From IMG/VR virus record IMGVR_UViG_3300022554_000002, positions 64,001 to 128,000 of that record: a stretch of DNA of 64,000 bases. One strand, 5' to 3'. Under the pieces are notes generated by a model that did not search any database, was not told where the DNA came from, and saw only the letters and a list, made by a program, of their open reading frames with translations. Source of the DNA: a virus. This document shows positions 27,024-37,600 of the stretch, piece by piece (positions within the stretch are counted from its first letter, which is position 1; each line of letters opens with the position of its first letter). Both the position numbers and the translations under genes were made by a program.

Positions 27024-27164
27024 CTACTTCTTCTCTTCCTTGTTAGTTTCATCCTTTTTTGGTGCTTCACTTCTAATTAACAAAATGTAATAAATGAAAT
27101 TAACAAACCAATTAATGACTTTTTGAAAGAACTGTCCACCTTCGCTATCTTCAATGTCTGGCAT
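27024..27164 (-). CDS. 46-aa peptide with central hydrophobic segment (not in ORF track)
   Basis: MPDIEDSEGGQFFQKVINWFVNFIYYILLIRSEAPKKDETNKEEKK; AGGAG RBS; ATG 2 nt after the upstream stop. Confidence 0.65.
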   Translation of the reverse strand: MPDIEDSEGGQFFQKVINWFVNFIYYILLIRSEAPKKDETNKEEKK

Positions 27165-27166
27165 TT

Positions 27167-27367
27167 TTACTCTCCTGCTTGAGCATATCCAACAATACCA
27201 TTTAGAATTATAGAATTATAAACTACAGGCTTATGTGTGCCTGTAGATTCATTAAAGGCCATAGAGTCTCTTCCTGTAGTAATACGTTGATTACCAGCAA
27301 ATTGCTTACTTGCTGCTTTTAATACTATGTTTCTCATCAAATTACGAGTATCAGAATTATTATTCAT
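27167..27367 (-). CDS. hypothetical protein
   Basis: 66-aa ORF following the tail tube gene. Confidence 0.6.
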   Translation of the reverse strand: MNNNSDTRNLMRNIVLKAASKQFAGNQRITTGRDSMAFNESTGTHKPVVYNSIILNGIVGYAQAGE

Positions 27368-27369
27368 TT

Positions 27370-28290
27370 CTATTGTCCTACTACAATTGGTGCACTATCA
27401 CAACCTGCCAATGCCTGAAATTGAATAGTTTTAAGAACTGGTGAATTAGCACCAGAATTAGGAGTATTATCATTAATAAATACTAAATTATTAAGAATTA
27501 TATCAAAAGAACCAAAATCTAATGTGAGTGTGGCACCATCAGTTGGATCATTAAAATCACCTGTTGGTGACCAGTATTTAATCTCACCTGTTATAGTCAT
27601 CATACCATAACGCATAGCTTTAGCAGTTCTAGCCTGAATCTTATCCTGTGTGGAACTATTTATGTTCGTGGAAGTACTTCCTGTATTACATAATGTGAAC
27701 AAAGGAAATATCTCATTTTGGATGGTAAAAGACCAACTCTCAGTATAGTTATTAACTAAATTAGAATCTGCAAAATTAGAAAGAGTTACATTTACATCAT
27801 ACCAAGGAATGAAATTATTATCGTCTGTAAGTCCAGCAGTTTCATAAACCAAGCTTCCACTTCCTGCTGAAACCTCATCCCAATTAGTTGAATTTATAGC
27901 AACACTACCCTCTACTGCACCGCCAGCAGAAGACCGCAAGGATAAATTACTAATTGCAGCAGAACCACCACTACCGGGAATTCTGTAAGTAGTATTTCCA
28001 GCAGGAGAGAATTCAAAACCACCATCTTCACTACTAAAAGAACAATAACTAGTAGCATTGTTTAATAGTTTTCTAACTGCTGAAAGATAACTTTTAAACA
28101 ACACAAAAGACACGTTACCTTGGAAGGTTCGTTTGCCTTTCATGAAATTTTTGAAGTAACGAGTAGTACGAGTTCCAATGTTAGGAACGGTGATTAACTC
28201 TACAGACTGTGAAACATCTCCACTGATAAATGGGAGAGTTGATCCACCAATTTTAGCATATCCTGTCCAACCAGCGGCGTAGCATGACAA
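27370..28290 (-). CDS. tail tube-like protein, copy 2
   Basis: Paralogue of 28324..29301 (GY.K....LPF, ETAGLTDD.N.IPWY, YWSP.G); TTG start. Confidence 0.6.
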   Translation of the reverse strand: MSCYAAGWTGYAKIGGSTLPFISGDVSQSVELITVPNIGTRTTRYFKNFMKGKRTFQGNVSFVLFKSYLSAVRKLLNNATSYCSFSSEDGGFEFSPAGNTTYRIPGSGGSAAISNLSLRSSAGGAVEGSVAINSTNWDEVSAGSGSLVYETAGLTDDNNFIPWYDVNVTLSNFADSNLVNNYTESWSFTIQNEIFPLFTLCNTGSTSTNINSSTQDKIQARTAKAMRYGMMTITGEIKYWSPTGDFNDPTDGATLTLDFGSFDIILNNLVFINDNTPNSGANSPVLKTIQFQALAGCDSAPIVVGQ

Positions 28291-28323
28291 CGGGTTTCAC
28301 CTCGTTACATGTTTTTCTATTTA

Positions 28324-29301
28324 TTAGGTTTCAGTCCAGTAAATAGCAGGTTCCGTTGCACTCTTGGCGAAACCTTGGAATTCTTGGTTACGACTAACTT
28401 CTCTATTTGGTCCTTGGTTTGGAACTGGACCACGGCTAAATGCACAGAACGGAATTGTAAGAGTAATATCACCAAACGTCACGGTAATGGAAGCACCATG
28501 AGTTAGGAATTCTGCAAATTGCCCATTTGGTGACCAATAAGTAAAGCTACCTGACACTCTTCGTTTGCCAAGGAAAATATCACCGGGATAATTAACTCCG
28601 TTGAAGAAGTAAAGTGGTACAGCTTGATTACTTACAGTTATTGAATAATCAAGAACATAATCAGAAATATCAAATGTTTCACCAGAATTAGCAAGCGTGA
28701 AATTGCTGGCATACCATGGAATAGGATTACTATCATCTGTAAGTCCAGCAGTTTCAAAACTTAAGTCGCCGGTTGTTGGAGAACTAACTGAAGGTGGAGT
28801 ATTCCATGCAGCACCAGCAGAAAGAATACGGAAAGAACAACCAACGTTTCCACCATTATTACCATTAATGGTCATTTCAGAAATCAAAGCTTTCTTACCA
28901 GTAGCAGGTAAGGAAATTTCTGATCCACCACCGGGACTAAAAAGCAATTTGCAGCTATCAGAGAAACCATTACAAACATAGGTCATATCATTAGAATTGG
29001 CAGAACTATCACCAATTGTTCTACGAAGCATTTCTTTGAATGCTGAATTGTAGCTACCAGTTCCACCGAAAATCTCAGTAGAAATAGTACCTTCTACCGT
29101 CTCTTTACCAATTGCAAAATTGATATAGTCTCGCCAAACTGGATTAACAGGAGCGGCAGAAACAGAACCATATCCACCACCAATGACTGATTCAGATGGA
29201 TTAATTTCAACAACTTTCACAAGGTCAGCAGTCAAGAATGGCAAAAGATAATTGCAAACTTTTAAGTATCCAGTGTAGCCAACGCCGCCCGTGCAGCTCA
29301 A
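28324..29301 (-). CDS. tail tube-like protein, copy 1
   Basis: Beta-rich; C-terminal RRVSGSFTY..LTIP..F..GPVP..QEFQ pattern of tube proteins; TTG start with GGAGG RBS. Confidence 0.6.
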   Translation of the reverse strand: MSCTGGVGYTGYLKVCNYLLPFLTADLVKVVEINPSESVIGGGYGSVSAAPVNPVWRDYINFAIGKETVEGTISTEIFGGTGSYNSAFKEMLRRTIGDSSANSNDMTYVCNGFSDSCKLLFSPGGGSEISLPATGKKALISEMTINGNNGGNVGCSFRILSAGAAWNTPPSVSSPTTGDLSFETAGLTDDSNPIPWYASNFTLANSGETFDISDYVLDYSITVSNQAVPLYFFNGVNYPGDIFLGKRRVSGSFTYWSPNGQFAEFLTHGASITVTFGDITLTIPFCAFSRGPVPNQGPNREVSRNQEFQGFAKSATEPAIYWTET

Positions 29302-29320
29302 TTTAGTATCCTCCTGTTAT

Positions 29321-30148
29321 TTACAACAACCAATCAAATTTATTAGTAAATAGTTCGTAACATTCAAACTTTCGATCTAAGTAAACTGAAGCATTTTCAT
29401 ATAAAATCTTAGATAATTTAAATGCTTTCTCACCATGACAATAACCATTAAAAAATTCAAAAGACCAATTTCTATTATCTTTATAAGGATTTATAACTAC
29501 TCCACATTTATTTGCATAATTAACAAAATCAAAAACTAAATCTTTATTTCCAACCAGCCCAATAGTTAAATTATTCAATTTACTCTGTGAAATTGTACCA
29601 TCCCCGTCAATACAGCCTCGCCAAAAATGTTTTTCCAAATGCTCTGGAATTAAATTTGATTTATAGCATTTTCCAGTTTTATTTCGTACTACACCATATT
29701 TTGCCAAATCATCACACATTTTTTTACTTGATATAGTTAAATAAACTGATCCACCATTGCTATTGTTTATCTTCACTGGTCCATCAAAATTAATATTATT
29801 TTTAAATTTTTCTAAATGTTTTATGTCAGAACCTTTTAAGTGTATTATTAAACAGTTAATTTCTTTTTTGTCTTTTGTATTATTATTTGCTACACAACCG
29901 TCTGTAACAATAAATCCTAACCAATAAGCCTTATCTTCGGTATCTATTGTTTCAAAATAATTATCATTAACATTATAGGTACGCTCATAACCAGTTCTAG
30001 TTTCAACTCCTGCCCTATTCATGGCACTTCTAATAGCATCTTTGCCACAATTAAATTTAGTGGCAAGTTCTTTTAAAGTCATACCATTTTTATATAAATT
30101 AACAACCTGTTCTAATTTTTCATTTTGAAACTTTATCTTACCTGACAT
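29321..30148 (-). mobile_element. free-standing LAGLIDADG homing endonuclease with N-terminal HTH
   Basis: AYWLGFIVTDG and FWRGCIDGDG motifs; HTH TLKELATKFNCGKDAIR; visibly more AT-rich than flanks. Confidence 0.85.
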
Positions 30149-30156
30149 ATCTCCTA

Positions 30157-30522
30157 TTACTCTACAACCTTAAATCCCGGTAATGTTGCAAGATAGTTTA
30201 CCACGTCAGCAGATAAATCATAATTTACAACATCACGTTCAAAACTACCGTAATTGTTTTTACGAACAGGACTGTTACCCTTCCAAACAATACCCTTTGA
30301 ACCTCGTGCCTTTGCCTCAATTAATTTTTGATTTGGTTTTTCAACAAACTTTGCTTCCTTGATTACCAAATCTTTTAACTTCTTTATTTCTTTTAGAGGC
30401 AAAGGAAATTCTTCTTCGTACAGAAAATAGGGGATATTGGGCTTGAGGGAATGACCACCAAGCGAATACCGCCATTTTTCTGTACCACTGTATGTGTATT
30501 TAATTTCGTATAATTTACCCAT
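30157..30522 (-). CDS. hypothetical protein
   Basis: 121-aa ORF in the neck/tail region. Confidence 0.65.
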   Translation of the reverse strand: MGKLYEIKYTYSGTEKWRYSLGGHSLKPNIPYFLYEEEFPLPLKEIKKLKDLVIKEAKFVEKPNQKLIEAKARGSKGIVWKGNSPVRKNNYGSFERDVVNYDLSADVVNYLATLPGFKVVE

Positions 30523-31307
30523 TAGAGTGCAATGTCCCTCTCTCTGAGAGCCAACACGGTAAACACATCATTACCATCACCACCAGCAGCAATTATGTTT
30601 GTAACGTCTAAATAAGGATTACCACTATCAACTGGGAACTGAGTACCAGATGTTGCACCAGCACTAATAGCAATATTTGCACTTCCAGTAGACGTACCGG
30701 CTGAAGCATTTTCTTTGAGCAATTGCAAGTTAAGAACAATGTCAGCACCCACATCCTGATTTGGAACAACAACCATCTTAGCAGCAGCATAGTTTACAGT
30801 GCCGGGAACATACCGACTATCAGGAGAAGTACCAACGGCTGTACCCTCTGCAAATGTACCTGTACCTGAACCAGTTGATGTAAATGTAGCAACAGAAATA
30901 TTCGCATCTGCAAAGAACACATTACGAGCAAGTAAGTGAGTAGATTTAACTTTTTGCCAAACCTCATCAAAATTCGGGTGAACATTAATACCGGAAATGT
31001 TCAAGAAGCTATCAAATGATACAGCATTCTTAGCAAGCACATATGTATCAAGAGCATTAATAACATCTTGGAACGTAGTTCGGAAAAAAGTACCAGAGAA
31101 AGTATTCTGGTCCAAAGTATTACAAGGAGTAATTAATGCATTTTCTACATCGTAATCACCAGCAGGAGCACCAACCCCGTTGTGAACACGAATGTAGTAT
31201 CTCGTTCCACTTGCAACAGCAGCATTAAACCCAACCTTAAATTGAGTTACTTGTTCTGCCACACGGTCTGCAATACCAGAAAGAACATTATTTGAAATTA
31301 ATGCCAT
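30522..31307 (-). CDS. putative virion structural protein
   Basis: A/G/T/N-rich beta composition; preceded by a GATTATA motif. Confidence 0.55.
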   Translation of the reverse strand: MALISNNVLSGIADRVAEQVTQFKVGFNAAVASGTRYYIRVHNGVGAPAGDYDVENALITPCNTLDQNTFSGTFFRTTFQDVINALDTYVLAKNAVSFDSFLNISGINVHPNFDEVWQKVKSTHLLARNVFFADANISVATFTSTGSGTGTFAEGTAVGTSPDSRYVPGTVNYAAAKMVVVPNQDVGADIVLNLQLLKENASAGTSTGSANIAISAGATSGTQFPVDSGNPYLDVTNIIAAGGDGNDVFTVLALRERDIAL

Positions 31308-31387
31308 TGCTTAATCACTCCAAATTATTACAACTAAGGAAGAATCACACACTCCTTCTCTATAATATAATCACAAGAATTAGCTTA

Positions 31388-31891
31388 TTAATAACGTTCT
31401 GGCTTGAAAACTTTACACATCCAAGGTATTTTTGCTGATCTTACACCCTGACCACGCCTAAAGCCATAATCTGTATCGCCAGCTTGACTAAAGTATGCAC
31501 ATTGATTACTAATATTAGGAATTTCAAATTGTCTGCGCTGAAAATCATTTAAAAACTGCTCAATAGCATCTGCCGTAATTGACAAGTATTTAGCCGCTAA
31601 AAGTGGATTATTTGCATTAACTGTAACAATTATGTCATAATTAAAAGTATCTTCTTGAGTACCAACCATACGAATTTCATTGTGCTTAGACCGAGCTATA
31701 ATCTCTACTGCTGGCGTATATGGTAACACATCCTGCAAATCTCTATAAACCTTATAGACAGTACCAAATGGAGCATTAGGTTTATCAGCTAGATAATCTT
31801 TCCACGCTACTGCTATGTTCTCAGCCTCAGTATTTAATAGATTTTCTAAATATGTAGTAATATTATCTTGAAGTACATTTCTTATTGCCAT
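31388..31891 (-). CDS. tail terminator/neck protein-like
   Basis: 167 aa with alternating beta pattern (DTFNYDIIVTV, SAKIPWMCKV); position after head-completion genes. Confidence 0.5.
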   Translation of the reverse strand: MAIRNVLQDNITTYLENLLNTEAENIAVAWKDYLADKPNAPFGTVYKVYRDLQDVLPYTPAVEIIARSKHNEIRMVGTQEDTFNYDIIVTVNANNPLLAAKYLSITADAIEQFLNDFQRRQFEIPNISNQCAYFSQAGDTDYGFRRGQGVRSAKIPWMCKVFKPERY

Positions 31892-31894
31892 TAA

Positions 31895-32080
31895 TTATCC
31901 CAAAAGCTTCTTGCAAGAAAAACCAATTCGATCTATTTGCAATTTCATTTTCTCTCTAACCTCAATAGGTAATTTAGATAAATCCTTATCCATCTTCTTT
32001 CGTTCTTCATTATTATAAACTTTATCTAAATTCTGATATGATGCATAAATCTCTTCTATGCTTTGTGCTTTTTGACTCAT
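31895..32080 (-). CDS. hypothetical protein
   Basis: 61-aa ORF in gene string. Confidence 0.55.
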   Translation of the reverse strand: MSQKAQSIEEIYASYQNLDKVYNNEERKKMDKDLSKLPIEVREKMKLQIDRIGFSCKKLLG

Positions 32081-32093
32081 ATTAATTACTCAA

Positions 32094-32747
32094 TTAAGAG
32101 TTGTACCGCATCACAGTAAAGTTCTGCCAAGTGCTTTCAGATACATATTGTGGCAATCTCCACCGTCCCATAGTAACAGCAGCAGCATTAATGGATCGTG
32201 GTTTGGCAACCTTAGCATTTTCACTTTCAATACTATTAAGAATTGCTTGCACGTTGGAAGCTAACATTTGTGGATCAGTGAAAATCAATCTAGCTTTCCA
32301 CATTGTCAAATCCATTAATATAGTTCTTAAACATTGTGCATATGTCATAGATACCAACCAATCTGTTATGTATTCAGGATAACTTGCTTCAGTAAAAGCA
32401 TTGTTAGGTGGCATGAAATTATATCGACTTAATGAATTATTTATAAATGATGTCAAAACTTCATCAGTAAAGTATTTAAAAGAATAATCAGCAGTAACAT
32501 CATCACCAGCAACAAGACTAGTGACAACAATTGTTCCATTGGTTGAATCAATTGAATCTGGTGTTATAATAGTACCATTCTTACGAAATACAGGAGAAGG
32601 AGAAGTATTCCAATTCTGATAAGGAAAAGAAATAGCTGTGGCACTTGTCAATCTGCCAAGATGATTCCAGCACTCAACAGTATTCAAATAATTCAATCTA
32701 TATCGAATTCTCTCATCAATCAATTGCTGAAAAGTCAAACGTGCCAT
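32094..32747 (-). CDS. head completion/neck protein-like
   Basis: 217 aa; helical adaptor-like C-terminus; position after the capsid gene. Confidence 0.45.
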   Translation of the reverse strand: MARLTFQQLIDERIRYRLNYLNTVECWNHLGRLTSATAISFPYQNWNTSPSPVFRKNGTIITPDSIDSTNGTIVVTSLVAGDDVTADYSFKYFTDEVLTSFINNSLSRYNFMPPNNAFTEASYPEYITDWLVSMTYAQCLRTILMDLTMWKARLIFTDPQMLASNVQAILNSIESENAKVAKPRSINAAAVTMGRWRLPQYVSESTWQNFTVMRYNS

Positions 32748-32762
32748 GAAAAGTCTCCGTCA

Positions 32763-33107
32763 TTAAGGAGTTTTATTATTCGCATGTACGGCAGTATTTT
32801 GACTTTGTTGACTTACTGGTTTAACAAAAAAATTATTCCAAATAGTACTTAGAAGCAAAGGAACAAGAGCAGCTAGAATTACCCATGTGAGCTTATTAGA
32901 CCGTTCTTTAGCCTTATCTAATCTATCTACAGTAAGAATTAAACCATCTTTACCATTACCATACAATTTCTTCTGGTGATCTTCTATTTTCTCATTAATA
33001 CTCTTACTTTCAGCCACATGTTCAGCTAAAGACTTGTCTATTTTTTGAACATTATCATTAATTTCTTTTAGAGTAGTCCACAGTCTATTCTGCTCGTCTT
33101 CATTCAT
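32763..33107 (-). CDS. coiled-coil protein with C-terminal TM segment
   Basis: Start moved to MNEDEQ (33107); LYGNGKDGL motif then TWVILAALVPLLLSTIW. Confidence 0.6.
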   Translation of the reverse strand: MNEDEQNRLWTTLKEINDNVQKIDKSLAEHVAESKSINEKIEDHQKKLYGNGKDGLILTVDRLDKAKERSNKLTWVILAALVPLLLSTIWNNFFVKPVSQQSQNTAVHANNKTP

Positions 33108-33198
33108 GATGTGAAGAATCCTTTTTAGAATCCTAAAAATACAATCCTCCAATATATATAATCCCATAAACCATATAAAATAATAATTATATAAAAAC

Positions 33199-33234
33199 AA
33201 AAAAGGCTAGGATTTTTATGTCCTAGCCTTTTTT
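33199..33234 (-). terminator. intrinsic (bidirectional-type) terminator after the major capsid gene
   Basis: aaaaaaggctagga-tttttatg-tcctagcctttttt perfect inverted repeat. Confidence 0.9.
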
Positions 33235-33259
33235 AAGCTTTATGAGTATTACTGCTTAA

Positions 33260-34153
33260 TTAGCCAGTAATGGTCATCTTAGCACAACCAACGTTGGTTA
33301 AAATGGCAGGGGCAATATATTCATAAAATAGCCAACCATACTGTAACAACTCAGGCTGCGGAGCATCCATCTGGCTCAAATCAATACGAACGGCGATTAC
33401 GCCAGTGAACTCAGGAGAAGCAACTGCAAGAATCTCATTTGCAGCCATCTTCTTGCTCAACCGGATTGCAGCACCCCACAAGTCGCCCATGTAGCCGACT
33501 TTGATCAATTCGCGCCGTGTGACCGGATCGAACCCAGTAGGATTACTGGCTAACTGTTTGCGGATATATTTGTAAGAACTGGCCTTCATTAGAAGGTGTT
33601 CTACGTTCACATCATAGTCTTCAATCCCTGCAAACAACTCTGCAAGATTGGTAAAATTAAAAGCACCAGTTACGCTTGCTGGAGGGGTAACACCGTCATT
33701 GATGTTTCCACCGGCACCACCAATACCACATGCAGCCCGAATAACTGCAAATACTTCGGTATCCTCAACCTCTGCCATTTCTGCCTGTGCGCGGACTTGG
33801 CTTCGATCAAGAACGTCAAACCGACGAATTGCTGGCTCTTCGACTGGAATGCGGACTAAGCTGACAATTGGGAAAGGCACTAACTCAATGCGCTTCCATG
33901 TATTGCCATCTAGTACACGTGGAGCACCACCACGTTCGCCAACTGTTACTGCACTGAACTGAGCATCTAAATCGTACCAAATTGGTGCGCCAGCTTCAAT
34001 GTGATGAACTGCAAGAACCTTTCGGCCAAGACTTACATAATCTCGACCTTCCTTGAATGGCTCTAACATCTTCTGACCAACCTCATAACGACCCTGTGGG
34101 GTAGTTAGTTGGCGACCAAGACGTTCAGCAGCTTTTGCCTTAATTACTTTCAT
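33260..34153 (-). CDS. major capsid protein (HK97 fold expected)
   Basis: 297 aa after protease/scaffold and cement genes, followed by a strong terminator; GYMGDLWGAAIRLS and GWLFYEYIAPAILTN-type segments. Confidence 0.8.
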   Translation of the reverse strand: MKVIKAKAAERLGRQLTTPQGRYEVGQKMLEPFKEGRDYVSLGRKVLAVHHIEAGAPIWYDLDAQFSAVTVGERGGAPRVLDGNTWKRIELVPFPIVSLVRIPVEEPAIRRFDVLDRSQVRAQAEMAEVEDTEVFAVIRAACGIGGAGGNINDGVTPPASVTGAFNFTNLAELFAGIEDYDVNVEHLLMKASSYKYIRKQLASNPTGFDPVTRRELIKVGYMGDLWGAAIRLSKKMAANEILAVASPEFTGVIAVRIDLSQMDAPQPELLQYGWLFYEYIAPAILTNVGCAKMTITG

Positions 34154-34201
34154 TTGTAAAACTCCTTTTATCTTCTGTTAAGAATTCATCTCAATTTACA
34201 A

Positions 34202-34660
34202 TTAGTACTGCACATCAAAAGTCATAGACAATGGACGAGCAACGTCACCAGCATGACCGTATCCAAGAGCGATACCAATCTTAGGACAATTTGGACCTGT
34301 GCTGTTACCTGACGTAGTAACTTTACCAGTAGTTGATGGATACAGAATATCGCCAGCAGCAAAAGTCAAGCCTGACTGCAACTCTGTAGTCTCAATTACT
34401 GCAAAATCCAAAACCATTGACCGCTGTTCGCCAGATGGAGCACCAACTACTGTGGCAGTTGTGGTAGGACCAACTGAAGTAGAAAGAACTCGATCTTCAA
34501 GAGCAACACCAACTAATGCACCAGCAGCACCAGAACTAACTGCAATCTGGCCGTCAGTGTTAATTGTTAGCAACCGACCCTTTGCCCATGCAGTGCTTTC
34601 GCCAGAGCTAACTGCGGCAGAAAGACGGCTAAAACCACCGTGTTTAATGTTAAGACCCAT
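34202..34660 (-). CDS. capsid cement/decoration protein
   Basis: 152 aa, G/A/T-rich; KGRLLTI...G, VGVALED, AGDILY..TTGKVTT patterns; between scaffold and capsid genes. Confidence 0.65.
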   Translation of the reverse strand: MGLNIKHGGFSRLSAAVSSGESTAWAKGRLLTINTDGQIAVSSGAAGALVGVALEDRVLSTSVGPTTTATVVGAPSGEQRSMVLDFAVIETTELQSGLTFAAGDILYPSTTGKVTTSGNSTGPNCPKIGIALGYGHAGDVARPLSMTFDVQY

Positions 34661-34695
34661 TGTAAAATCTCCTATTTTCCTTTATCCATTCCAAC

Positions 34696-37600
34696 TTACT
34701 GTTGTTTTGCCTTAGAGAACTCAAACCCGTCATCTTCGGCAGAAACTTCATCATTCATCTGAGAAGGAATCATGCTGATCATTTTACCTGCTGATACAAC
34801 ACGTTCCCCCTCTACCTTTTTATAATCTTGCTTTTCTTGTAATTTCTTTGCCATTTTAATAGATTTTTCAAGATTTTCTGCTTCCTTGGCTAATTCAGCA
34901 TCTTCAAGTTTGGCTAACCGTAAAGCCTCATCTTTAACCTGTTCTTGCTCAATTAAACCAACAGTAGCCATCTTTTCTGCAAGTTTTGCAGTTACAGTAA
35001 CACGAGCCTTGACATAATTATCATATTCATAATGCTTTACGGAATCCTTTAATTGCTCATTTTCTTTCTTCAAGGATTCAATTTTTGCAGTAACCATAGG
35101 TAATGTGTCCGTAAACTGTTTAATTATGTCTTCCTTCTGCTTCAATTCAGCAATAACTTCACTGAATTTTTTCTTTGCCATGTTACCCATTGGACCAACC
35201 TTTTCAGCCGTTGGAGCTTCGCCACCACCAACAGGTGGAACATTGTCCTTACCTTTGTCCAGTGCTTCATCTTTGTAAGTGTCTGGTGTATCAGAAATTA
35301 CGTCCTCTTTCTTCTTATCCTCAATCATTTTTTCTAATTTACCAGCAAAATTCTCATTGACTGTAGCACCCTCACCAGCAACAATCTTAACTAAATCTTC
35401 TGCAACCTGACGAGCATTTGCAGCTTCATCGTTACTGACATAAACCTTCAAGAAATCTAATGCGGCGTCTTCAAGGTCTGATTTCTTTGGATCATCTTTT
35501 GACATATCTTCCAATGGTTTATCTTCCACTAATGCAGCAGGAGCCTGTGGTTCTGCAACATCTGGAAGAGCATCTTCTGTTGGATTGCCAACAGGAGCAC
35601 CACCCATTTGCGCAAGAATTACACCTTTGCTATTTAAATCTTCTTTATAAGCCTTACGAGCACCTTTAACCTTTAACACATTCTCAAGCTGATTCTTGTA
35701 CTCTTCGGTATGGAACACATCAACAAATTTTGCAACCTGTGAACCATAAGCCTGTTTTGCACTTACTGAGAAAATAGGAGTTCCTTTATGTTTTACAACA
35801 TAATAAGAATCTTGAGGGTTCTTTGTGTCTTTAACAAGTTTAGCAGAATACATCATATCCATTGGAGTTGGTGGAGCAACTGGTGCAGCATCAACAGGAG
35901 CAGGAACAGCAGAAATCTCAGTTACAGATGCAACACCAGCAGGAGCACCTTCACCAAGTTCCTCTTTTTCTTCTACAACTTCTGCATCAATTAATGCACT
36001 TAACTGCTCAACTAACTCTTTTGCCTTTTCCATTCCACCTAATGCAGCTTCGTCTCTAGCAACATCTGCTACTGGTGGCTTGCTGTCTTCTTTCTTCTCT
36101 TCAGACTTTGGTTCTGACTTTTCCTCTTTTTCGTCTTCCTTCTCTTCCTCTTCAGCAGTTACAGCTTTACCAGCAGTTTTAGCTTTAGGAAAACTATCTT
36201 CAGGATTTGTACCATTAGTCTCTTTGGCCTGACTGCCATTTGGAGTACCACTGTTTAAGGGAACTTTCTTAGGAGCAGGTTTGCTATCTTCAGGATTTGT
36301 AGAATTTACTTCTTTGTTCTGAGTGCCATTTGGAGTCTTTGGCATATCAGAATTTTTTAACTGAGCAATCTGCTCTTCAAGAACTGCAATCTGTTTTAAT
36401 TTTGCAATCCGTGCTTCCAATTCTTCAATCTGTTTTGAAGCTTCAGTTTTTGACTTGTTTGTATCACAAGCTTGGTCACCCTTGTCTTTACTTGGGAACT
36501 GGTCTTCTTTAACCTTACCTTCTGGTGTAGGCTGTTCCTCACCTTTTGCCTTATTGGTATCCTTGGCCTGTTCGCCATTTGGAGTACCATCATTAATTGG
36601 TTTACCTTCAGCCTTTGGAGGCTCTTCAGGTTTTACCTTATTTGTTTCTTTGCTCTGAGTACCATGTTCGTTCTCTTCAGGATTCTTAGGAGCACCAGAA
36701 GGAACAACAACAGGAGCTTCAGCCTGACCAGTAACCTCTAACATTTCATTTTCATCCTTTACTGCTTGTTCAAGTAATGCGTAAGCTTGGTTTGCAGTCA
36801 AATTCTCTATTTGACTTGCAGAGGCAAGCCGGAAAGTATTCAAAGCTTCAATTGCTGCTGTTTTAGCAAGTTTGCCACTCTTGATAGCTTGGCAATAAGC
36901 AGCAGGACTATCAAACTTGGCAACTACGGGTGTAGCACCGGGAATCAAACCGTGTTCCATTTTGTATCGTTGAAATTCACGAGCAATTGCATCTTCACTA
37001 GGAGCACCAATCGCTCCACCTGATACACCAGCACTTACCATTCGATCATCAACGCTACGAACTGAACCTTTAGAGCCACGATTAGGATTTACTGGTTTTT
37101 CTGGCATGTTATCATCACTCCCATCTTTTTTAGCTAAAACTTTCTTAATCAATGCATCTGGATCAGCAGGTTCACCAAAGGTGATTATTGAATCTTCTAC
37201 ACCCTCAAGCAACATATTAATTTCTTCAACCTTCTGTCCAACCTTTTCCTTAAACTGTCCACCATCTTGCCCTAAGTAAACTCTACCTTTAAGATTTAAA
37301 GCCTTTGGTGATAAATGATCGCAATTATGTACAGCAACATTATTTGCAACATATGTATGGTTGTCTTCAACCTCTAAATTATAAACAGAACCATTAAATT
37401 TTTCACTCATAACAGAATCAATTCGTCTTAATCTAAATAATCTATTATTATAAACTAAATATCTACCTTCTCTAGTATTTCTCTTAATTTCTAAACCACT
37501 ATATAATTTTTTAGCATTTGTCTTATTAACTGTCACTCTATAAATTGTTAAGTTTTCAGCAGGAACTAATTTAGTTGGCTCATTTTTCAAACAATTAATA

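Noticed and set aside
29302-30156. Group I intron around the LAGLIDADG ORF
   Set aside because: Only 8-19 nt of flank on each side, and neighbouring genes look complete
33108-33200. N-terminal extension MFLYNYYFIW... of ORF 32763..33200
   Set aside because: It overlaps the terminator and GATTATA motif region and is probably non-coding
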